From NCBI GenBank assembly GCA_045536965.1, contig JAZSON010000029.1:72052-136051 (forward strand): DNA of 64,000 bases. Reading direction: 5' to 3'. Positions 57,271 through 64,000 of this stretch are shown here, piece after piece; within the stretch, counting starts at the first letter, position 1; the number at the start of each line of letters is the position of its first letter. This stretch comes from Eubacteriales bacterium (GTDB taxonomy: Bacteria > Bacillota > Clostridia > Oscillospirales > SIG627). The translations under genes were made by a program, and so were the position numbers. The notes beneath the pieces are model-generated. The model searched no databases, was not told the DNA's origin, and saw only the letters and a program-made list of their open reading frames with translations.

Positions 57271-57846
57271 ATGAAAAAAGTTCTTTCTCTCGCACTTTGC
57301 GCAATCATGTTGATTGCATTGTCCGTCATGACTGTTGTTGCAGCCGGCGACCTGAACGAATACGAACAGGCCATCATGGACGAATTGAAGGAAAAAGTTT
57401 CCATTGGTGACATTGAAATGATCATTCCTTCTGCTTACTTCAACTATGTTGAAAACTACTTTAGACAAGACGGTGTTTCCTTGACCGAAGATCAGGCCAA
57501 TACTATTTTGGCTGAAATCGCTGCCAGTAAAGCTGCCATCGTTGCAGGTGGCGAACTTGCTTACAACGATATGTCTTCCAGCACCACCTCTGCTGTTCTC
57601 GAAAACATCAAAGATGCTGCTGCCGCTATCGGTCTGAACGCTGAATTCAATGCCAACACCCAAGTGGTCACCCTTAAAGATGCTAACGGCGCTCCCGTTA
57701 TGGAATCCATGGATGTCACCGAAGTTCGTGCTACCGGTTCTTCCGTCAGCGTGACCACCATTGTTGTTGCTGCTCTTTCTGTTGTTGCTGCTCTCGGCCT
57801 CTGCGTCGTGATTGCCAAAAAAGCGAAAGTTGCTGCCGCAGCCTAA
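57271..57846 (+). CDS. Small secreted protein with C-terminal cell-wall-sorting-like signal (VRATG + hydrophobic helix + KKAK)
   Basis: AGGAGG SD and an N-terminal signal peptide. The C-terminus reads VRATG (57724-57738), then SSVSVTTIVVAALSVVAALGLCVVIA, then KKAKVAAAA. Confidence 0.7.
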   Translation: MKKVLSLALCAIMLIALSVMTVVAAGDLNEYEQAIMDELKEKVSIGDIEMIIPSAYFNYVENYFRQDGVSLTEDQANTILAEIAASKAAIVAGGELAYNDMSSSTTSAVLENIKDAAAAIGLNAEFNANTQVVTLKDANGAPVMESMDVTEVRATGSSVSVTTIVVAALSVVAALGLCVVIAKKAKVAAAA

Positions 57847-57878
57847 TCGTTTTGTTTAATTATTCCATTGAGTTTAGT

Positions 57879-57913
57879 ATGCGGGTATGATCATTCATGC
57901 CCGCATATTTTTT
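57879..57913 (+). terminator. Rho-independent terminator / attenuator between substrate and sortase genes
   Basis: Arms atgcggg...cccgcat with an extended imperfect stem, then a T-run (57908-57913). Confidence 0.6.
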
Positions 57914-57933
57914 CAAAGAAATAGTGGTGTAAT

Positions 57934-58875
57934 ATGAATAAAATCATCAATTTTCTTAAAAATTTAATACCCATTGTTTTGCCTTGTGCTTCGGTCATGT
58001 TGTTGGTCACCCTTTTTATGCTGGTTATTTGGCCGCAACTTGGCCCTATTTTGTCTGCAGGATCGTTGTTTATCGCTTCGGAAGATAAAGCAGGCGAGAA
58101 TACCGACTCGGAACACAAGCAGGGGTTTAATGAAAATACAAATTTTGATGATATGCCGTATATTATTCCTGAGGAAGATTTACAACAACCCGATGTTTTG
58201 CCCGATGGGGGCAATGAAAACACAGAAGATGAAACGGTGAATAACACCGAAAGCACCGATGGGAATGATCCTGTAAAAGATCCAAAACCTGATAAAGACA
58301 CATCAAGTGGTTCATCGAGCAGTTCATCGAGCAGTTCAAGTGATAAAAATAAGGGATACAAACAAGAGCTTGGTTTGGTAGAATATCCTGCTACGTATAT
58401 TTTGTCGGAATATGTTTCCTATCCGTCTTATAATGAGCATTATGCCATGATCGATATTTATGGTCGTAAGGTCAAGGTCTTTTTTTCGGATGGGAATTCT
58501 GCCCTTAATAAAGGCGCAGGCCAGTCTATGGGGAGTATGCCGCCGGGATTTGGTCGTCCCATTTTATTGGGAGGGCATAACAACAGTTATTTTAAGAATT
58601 TGAAAAAATACGTCGTGGGTGATATAATCACCATTACAACCAATTACGGCGTTTATTATTATAGAGTATATGAAACAAAGATTGCATCGCGAGATGATCG
58701 CGCCGCACAGCATTTGGATAATCAGAAAGAGGAATTGATTTTATATACTTGTTATCCTTTTACAACACTTCGTTTGACAAAACGTCGCTATTTTGTGTAT
58801 GCGGAAAAAATTGCGGGGCCTACCGTGGTAGATTCGCTTGATCAGATTCCCTCGTCGAATTCTACTGAATCGTAG
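57934..58875 (+). CDS. Sortase family transpeptidase with N-terminal TM anchor and acidic/Ser-rich linker
   Basis: The catalytic triad context is present: GGHNNSYFKNLKKYVVGD (His), LILYTCYP (Cys), RRYFVYAEK (Arg). Confidence 0.8.
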   Translation: MNKIINFLKNLIPIVLPCASVMLLVTLFMLVIWPQLGPILSAGSLFIASEDKAGENTDSEHKQGFNENTNFDDMPYIIPEEDLQQPDVLPDGGNENTEDETVNNTESTDGNDPVKDPKPDKDTSSGSSSSSSSSSSDKNKGYKQELGLVEYPATYILSEYVSYPSYNEHYAMIDIYGRKVKVFFSDGNSALNKGAGQSMGSMPPGFGRPILLGGHNNSYFKNLKKYVVGDIITITTNYGVYYYRVYETKIASRDDRAAQHLDNQKEELILYTCYPFTTLRLTKRRYFVYAEKIAGPTVVDSLDQIPSSNSTES

Positions 58876-58918
58876 ACAGAAGACCATTGTTTGACTTAGA
58901 AAGTCGGAGGCTGTTTCA

Positions 58919-59797
58919 ATGCAAATAAAAACAAAAAACAACATCATTGGATGGGTGGTTTCTTTCATCATATCTATTGGTTGTGTAGGATTTCTTGTTG
59001 CAGTTTTATCTTTCCACACCGTCTTTAGCTACGATTATGCTTTGCGCGGAGCCGAAAAGGTTTCTTATATCGAGGGAACACGGGATGAGATACAAAAGCA
59101 ATTTTTAATGCTTGCAATGCCATCGGACGATCCGGAGGAAGCCAATATTCCCGTTGATGTCATGGAGGATTTCTTTGCGAAATTTGATATGATTCCTGAC
59201 ATTGAAAACGCCATTGCCCAAGCATACGGAAAGGGAGAATTTTCAACCGAACGAATGGAAAAAGCTATGGCAGAGCATTTGATTGCTTATGCCGAAAGAA
59301 TCCAAGTAGAGCATCTGGATGAAGTTAAAGAGAGTATGGGAGAGACAACCGCGCTCTTTGCTGAAGAATATACTGCCGTTTGTAACAATGCGTTGCTTGA
59401 ATATTTTGGTTTTTACCGCGCGGGTATTTTGCAGTTTTTGATTATTGCGGCCGTTTTTTGCGGGGCGATCTTTATATTTGGGTGTGGCTTTTTGTGGTGG
59501 CTTTTTTGGAAAGAGCGGCGCAATACATTTTTCTATATGATGTATAACGCGATTTTTCCCAGTGCACTGATTCTTTTGCCTTTGGGAATTTATTTGGGGA
59601 TGTCCGATTTTCTCTATCGGTTGTCCATCAATCCAAAGTATGTGCGTGATTTTATCGCCTTTATTGGCAGTGGTCTGTTTATGGATATTTTATATACCGG
59701 CGTTGTTTTATTGGTTTTATCGGTTGCTTGTTTTTGTGTTTATCGCTTTTGGAAATTTGGCGTTAATTCACAAAACAAAAGTGTGAATAATGTTTAA
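58919..59797 (+). CDS. Polytopic membrane protein, unknown function
   Basis: GGAGG SD. One N-terminal TM helix, a soluble region and about four C-terminal TM helices. Confidence 0.55.
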   Translation: MQIKTKNNIIGWVVSFIISIGCVGFLVAVLSFHTVFSYDYALRGAEKVSYIEGTRDEIQKQFLMLAMPSDDPEEANIPVDVMEDFFAKFDMIPDIENAIAQAYGKGEFSTERMEKAMAEHLIAYAERIQVEHLDEVKESMGETTALFAEEYTAVCNNALLEYFGFYRAGILQFLIIAAVFCGAIFIFGCGFLWWLFWKERRNTFFYMMYNAIFPSALILLPLGIYLGMSDFLYRLSINPKYVRDFIAFIGSGLFMDILYTGVVLLVLSVACFCVYRFWKFGVNSQNKSVNNV

Positions 59798-59814
59798 AAT
59801 TCACGGTATTTTGG

Positions 59815-59843
59815 TTGACTTTGACTTTTTTGTATGGTATACT
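59815..59843 (+). promoter_or_regulatory. Promoter for the aminotransferase gene
   Basis: TTGACT (59815-59820), 17-nt spacer ending TGg, TATACT (59838-59843). Confidence 0.55.
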
Positions 59844-59888
59844 TTAGGCGTATAACCCGTATCTAACGGGATATTGAGGAGGATAAAT

Positions 59889-61157
59889 ATGTCACAGAAT
59901 GCTTTGTCCGCTTTGGCGATAAATGGCGGCGAAAAAACCATTACTAAACCGTTTCCCCCGCGTGGACATTTTGGACAAGAAGAAAAAGATGCTTGCAACC
60001 GTGTTATCGATAAGGCGATTGCTGCAGGCGTTGCCCCCGGTTACGGCGGCGTAGAAGAAGATTCTCTTTGCGCTGAATTTGCTCAAATGCTCGGTGGTGG
60101 CTATGCAGACGCTGTTAACGGCGGTACCACTGCTGTTTATGTTGCCCTCCGCGCGATTGATATTCAACCCTTTACCGAAGTAATTGTCGGTCCTATCACC
60201 GATCCCGGCGGAATCATGCCCATCACCATGATGAACTGTATTCCGATTATTGCTGACTCTAAGCCCAATTCCTTTAACATCAGCCTTGACAGCATCAAGG
60301 AACGTGTCACTCCTTGGACATCTGCTATCGTTGTTCCGCACATTTCCGGCGAACCTGCCGATATTGAAGCCATTGTTGAATTTGCGCATAGCCGCGGCAT
60401 TAAAGTTGTAGAAGACTGTGCTCAGGCACATGGTGCTACCATTAATGGTAAGATGGTCGGTACCTTTGGTGATTGCGCCGCTTTCTCTATGATGTTTGGT
60501 AAGCATACCTGTGCAGGTGGTCAGGGCGGTCTTGTATTCACCAAAGATTACAATACCTACCTCCGCGCACGTCATGCTTCTGACCGTGGCAAACCTTTTG
60601 GTGTGCCCGGTGCCAACGGTAACGTTGTGGCTTCCTTAAACTATAACATGGATGAAATGCATGCTGCCATTTGCCGTGTTCAGATTCAGAAGATGGAATC
60701 CATTGCTGCACGCAGAAACCACTATGTCAATTCGATCCGTGAGAAAATTTCCGAAGTGAAGGCTCTTCGTTTTGCGCCCGTTCCCGATGGTTCGCGTCCT
60801 TCCTATTGGTTTGTTTGCACATTCTTTGATGAATCCACCGTTACCTGCGACAAAAATACTTTCATTGCTGCTTTGAAAGCTGAAGGTTTGAACGCGGTCG
60901 GTGCATACGTTGCAAATCCCTATACCTATCAGTGGTATACTCGTCGCAAAGTATTTGGTGACAGTGGTTATCCTTGGGCCGCTCCCGAATATAAGGGCGA
61001 TAAGAACAAGTTCTACACCATGGATGACCTTCCCAACTGCGCAGAAAGCATGAAAAACATTCTGCGTCTCGAAGCTTCTGAAGCTTGGGATACTCCCGAA
61101 TATATCGATTTGGTTTCTAAGGCCATCCTCAAAGTTTGGAACGCTTACAAGAAATAA
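59889..61157 (+). CDS. DegT/DnrJ/EryC1/StrS-family PLP-dependent aminotransferase
   Basis: GAGGAGG SD before the ATG at 59889. Sugar-aminotransferase fold pattern (..GG.P........W....E...). The family call is by overall resemblance. Confidence 0.65.
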   Translation: MSQNALSALAINGGEKTITKPFPPRGHFGQEEKDACNRVIDKAIAAGVAPGYGGVEEDSLCAEFAQMLGGGYADAVNGGTTAVYVALRAIDIQPFTEVIVGPITDPGGIMPITMMNCIPIIADSKPNSFNISLDSIKERVTPWTSAIVVPHISGEPADIEAIVEFAHSRGIKVVEDCAQAHGATINGKMVGTFGDCAAFSMMFGKHTCAGGQGGLVFTKDYNTYLRARHASDRGKPFGVPGANGNVVASLNYNMDEMHAAICRVQIQKMESIAARRNHYVNSIREKISEVKALRFAPVPDGSRPSYWFVCTFFDESTVTCDKNTFIAALKAEGLNAVGAYVANPYTYQWYTRRKVFGDSGYPWAAPEYKGDKNKFYTMDDLPNCAESMKNILRLEASEAWDTPEYIDLVSKAILKVWNAYKK

Positions 61158-61169
61158 TGTTTTTTTGAA

Positions 61170-61199
61170 AACGGGCTGTTCTTTCAGCCCGTTTTCTTT
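61170..61199 (+). terminator. Rho-independent terminator
   Basis: Arms aacgggctg/cagcccgtt followed by a T-rich tail. Confidence 0.6.
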
Positions 61200-61207
61200 G
61201 GAGAAAT

Positions 61208-62884
61208 ATGAAGAAACCCGAATTGCTTTCCCCCTGCGGATCGCCTGAAGCCCTGCAAGCTGCGGTTCGCGCGGGTGCAGATGCCGTTTATTTGGGCGGC
61301 CCTGCATTTCACGCCCGTATGAATGCAAAAAATTTCACTATGCAGGAGATTGAAAAAGCAGTGGATTTTTGCCATGATGCAGGTGTATCCGTGTATATTA
61401 CTTTAAACACACTGCTTTCCGATCGAGAGATTTTACCCGCCTTGCGCTATGTCGAGTCATTGTATATGAGTGGTGTAGATGGCTTGATTACCGCAGATCT
61501 GGGGCTTTCTACTGCCATACATCGGTATTTTCCCGATCTTCCGCTTCACGCCAGCACCCAAGCCTGCGCCCATAACGGTGATGCGGGTGTAGCCTTTGAA
61601 CGCTTGGGATTTACCCGCATGGTTGCCGCAAGAGAGTTGACAAAAGAAAATATCATTTCAATGGTCAAAATCTCGCCCATTGAAATTGAAATTTTTGTAC
61701 ATGGCGCGATGTGTGTCTGTCATTCGGGGCAATGTCTGATGAGTTCTGTGATCGGTGGCCGAAGCGGTAATCGAGGACTGTGTGCCCAGCCATGCCGCTT
61801 GCCGTATAATGGTGCTTACCCTTTAAGCTTGAAAGATATGTGTCTTGCGCAGCACATGAAAGAAATACTCGATATCGGTGTTGCTTCTTTAAAGATTGAG
61901 GGGAGAATGAAACCTCCTGCATATGTACAAGGGGTTACAGCGATTTACAGAAAATTGATTGATGAACGCCGTGATGCGACCAATGAGGAGATGCAATATT
62001 TGGCATCGCTCTTTTCTCGCAGCGGATTTACCGATGGTTATTTTGCCGGCAAAAAGACTTCTGCAATGCTTGGAATTCGTCGGGAAGAAGACAAAAATCA
62101 AGTGATTTTAACCCGAAAAACCCAAAAAATCACCCCTAAATTACCCATAAAAACCCCTAAAAGGAAGTCTTGTTTACCCGAAAATCCCACCTTAAATAGG
62201 CCTGCAACCAAAGAACGGTTTATAAAAAGCGCGCGATATCTTTCACCTGCGCAAATGATGGATTGTGACGATTTTGACATTCGCTATCTGCCGCTTGAAG
62301 TGTTTCAATCTCCTGCTAACGCTTTTATTATGCCATATCCCGTGCTCGATAGCGAAAAAGAGAAGGTATATTCCATGGTGGAAAAGGCGATTGATGACGG
62401 TGCAAAGCACATATTGGTTACTCATATTTCGCAAATCGATGATTTGAGAAAATATCCTTGCAGTTTACATGGAGATTATCGTTTGAATATTACCAATGCA
62501 GGTGGAGCGGCTGTTTATTCCGCGTTGGAAGATGTGATATTGTCACCCGAGTTGACATTGCCGCAGATTCGAGATTTGCATTTTGCAAAATCCACCATTG
62601 TTTACGGAAGACTTCCCTTGATGACGCTGGAAAAAGTGGTTGGAGCTGCATCGTTGACCGATCGGCGCGATGTGACATTTCCCATTGTTTCTTCTTTTGG
62701 CCGCGATCTTCTTTTAAACAGTGTTCCGATATATATGCTGGATAAAAAAGCAAATCTGAAAAAAGTGGGTGGGGGGATTCATTTCATGTTTACAACCGAA
62801 ACCCCTCAGCAGATTAGGGATATAATGCAGGCATTTCGTGAAGGATTGCCGCCCAAAGGCGATGTGAAACGTATTAAAGAATGA
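61208..62884 (+). CDS. Peptidase U32 family protein
   Basis: N-terminal ELL.P.G...AL.AA...GADAVYLGG and the E.FVHGA.C...SG.C motif. Confidence 0.85.
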   Translation: MKKPELLSPCGSPEALQAAVRAGADAVYLGGPAFHARMNAKNFTMQEIEKAVDFCHDAGVSVYITLNTLLSDREILPALRYVESLYMSGVDGLITADLGLSTAIHRYFPDLPLHASTQACAHNGDAGVAFERLGFTRMVAARELTKENIISMVKISPIEIEIFVHGAMCVCHSGQCLMSSVIGGRSGNRGLCAQPCRLPYNGAYPLSLKDMCLAQHMKEILDIGVASLKIEGRMKPPAYVQGVTAIYRKLIDERRDATNEEMQYLASLFSRSGFTDGYFAGKKTSAMLGIRREEDKNQVILTRKTQKITPKLPIKTPKRKSCLPENPTLNRPATKERFIKSARYLSPAQMMDCDDFDIRYLPLEVFQSPANAFIMPYPVLDSEKEKVYSMVEKAIDDGAKHILVTHISQIDDLRKYPCSLHGDYRLNITNAGGAAVYSALEDVILSPELTLPQIRDLHFAKSTIVYGRLPLMTLEKVVGAASLTDRRDVTFPIVSSFGRDLLLNSVPIYMLDKKANLKKVGGGIHFMFTTETPQQIRDIMQAFREGLPPKGDVKRIKE

Positions 62885-62890
62885 AGAAAA

Positions 62891-62921
62891 ACGGAAAGCA
62901 TTTGTATGCTTTCCGTTTTTG
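62891..62921. terminator. Bidirectional rho-independent terminator
   Basis: Arms acggaaagca/tgctttccgt, flanked by an A-run and a T-run, between convergent genes. Confidence 0.75.
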
Positions 62922-62945
62922 TGTATACATGAAATAGAATCAATA

Positions 62946-64000
62946 TCAGATTTCCAGAAGGTTCGAGATGGTTTGGCGATCGCTGTTAAATTTAAAGGTT
63001 CCTCTAAAGAATCTAAACCACATATAATGGTCGAAGCAGGTTTGGATTTCAGCTTCATATTTTCCGAAATTGTAATAAAGCTCTGCGGCGAAATTCGCAC
63101 CCTTTTCCAGATCGCCCACTGCCAATCGTTCGATGGCGCGGGAAGCACCGAGGACGTATTCGGTGTGGTATTTCAAAAGACGCCATGATACCGTGGAGGC
63201 GCGCATTCTCTGACACTTGTTTTTTTCGATCACGGGTAAAAATGCGTTGACAACATCGGGAACTTGCGCGGCGGTGCGGGATACCTCCGGATTATAATAA
63301 GGTCCTTTTTCGGCATCGGCGCTCATTTGCATTTCAAGATAAGGCTGAGGAATCAGCTTTTCGATCTGTTTTAAGTAATCGAGTACCACTTTCCAACTTT
63401 CTCCGAATGCATGGGAGAAATAATCCTCGACCAGACTGTCATAAGATGCGTTGACGTCAAAGAGAGTTTCGGCATATACGAAGAAGGGAAAACCTGTGGG
63501 GAAAAAGCTGCGCTGCGAACCATCTTCAATGATGCCTAACAAACCGTGCTTTTTGAGGTTTTTGATGTCATTGTGGACAAGTTTGGCCAGCGTCAGACCG
63601 CTGTAATCATAGGTCTGGTGGCGGTAGAAGTGATATTCGTAGCAGAAGCAGTCGCCCGAAAAAGTTTCTTTCCATTTTTGCAGATAGCCAAGCGATTCGC
63701 CCATGCCTTTGGGGAATTGGCAATGATTACGGTTGTAGGGGGTAACGAGGTCGGGTCGGGCGTCTTGGCCGTAATCCTGTGTGTAGAGACGGGAACCGGG
63801 CGCGAAAAGCATGGAAAAACGCTTGGGATTATTAAGTCTTTCCACAATGGGAGGCCAGAAGGTATCGTTGTAGACAATAAAAACGAGGTGGGTGTCGAGA
63901 TTGCGTTTTTCAAGTTCTGCATCAATCTCATTTAGGAGGATCATATACCAATCGGAGGTATCTTTCTTTTGACATTCGGGACATTCGCAATGGACATTTC
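62946..64000 (-). CDS. Hypothetical protein, 5' end outside window (possibly DUF4838-like)
   Basis: The frame stays open upstream of the Met at 63944 to the window edge (...NVHCECPECQKKDTSDWY-MILLNE...). The CxCxxC motif is the only family hint. Confidence 0.5.
   Translation of the reverse strand, partial: NVHCECPECQKKDTSDWYMILLNEIDAELEKRNLDTHLVFIVYNDTFWPPIVERLNNPKRFSMLFAPGSRLYTQDYGQDARPDLVTPYNRNHCQFPKGMGESLGYLQKWKETFSGDCFCYEYHFYRHQTYDYSGLTLAKLVHNDIKNLKKHGLLGIIEDGSQRSFFPTGFPFFVYAETLFDVNASYDSLVEDYFSHAFGESWKVVLDYLKQIEKLIPQPYLEMQMSADAEKGPYYNPEVSRTAAQVPDVVNAFLPVIEKNKCQRMRASTVSWRLLKYHTEYVLGASRAIERLAVGDLEKGANFAAELYYNFGKYEAEIQTCFDHYMWFRFFRGTFKFNSDRQTISNLLEI

Noticed and set aside
58309-58338. 12-nt tandem repeat (agttcatcgagc, about 2.5 copies) encoding the poly-Ser linker of the sortase, as a phase-variation switch.
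   Set aside because: The unit length is a multiple of three, so slippage would only change linker length and would not switch the gene on or off. The copy number is very low.
1-64000. I looked for CRISPR arrays, tRNA/rRNA genes, transposases, integrases, phage genes and inverted repeats flanking the cassette promoters (invertible switches).
   Set aside because: I found none. Intergenic regions are short and are explained by promoters, terminators and one T-box. The only large repeats are the direct tandem cassettes.

Overview
This looks like a Firmicutes/Clostridia chromosomal window. It carries a GerA-family spore germination gene, a T-box leader, a split transketolase, the ylmE(yggS)-sepF-yggT-divIVA-ileS-lspA-rluD cluster, queA-miaA, dapA-dapB and uppP. 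About 45 protein-coding genes are supported. I saw no rRNA, tRNA, CRISPR, transposase or integrase. The right half (31.7-64 kb) is mostly housekeeping. Its exceptions are a tandem duplication of CE15-like esterases and a sortase gene whose upstream neighbour has a tripartite sorting signal with a non-canonical VRATG motif, next to a Wzz/BY-kinase pair. The striking region is 11.3-31.7 kb, which holds four head-to-tail paralogous cassettes. Each cassette has its own TTGACA-N14-TGn-TAnAnn promoter and a giant signal-peptide protein (about 1140-1750 aa). These proteins are built from repeated modules: InlB-B/Flg_new-like repeats, then a DUF1565-like beta-helix cap motif, then a long beta-rich region, ending in a conserved C-terminal domain. 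The two inner copies are intact. The two outer copies are disrupted: copy A has three frame breaks, and copy D has a TAG at a conserved Tyr plus one frameshift. Three cassettes end with a strongly conserved 39-aa acidic small ORF that is missing from the supplied ORF track. It has its own SD, starts exactly 15 nt after the giant-gene stop, and is followed by a hairpin terminator. This giant-protein plus small-ORF cassette array is my best candidate for an undescribed system. Separately, a T-box leader (probable Tyr UAC specifier) precedes an adenylate-forming acyl-CoA-synthetase-like gene, while ileS has no leader at all. All functional calls come from reading motifs in the translations; no database search was possible.
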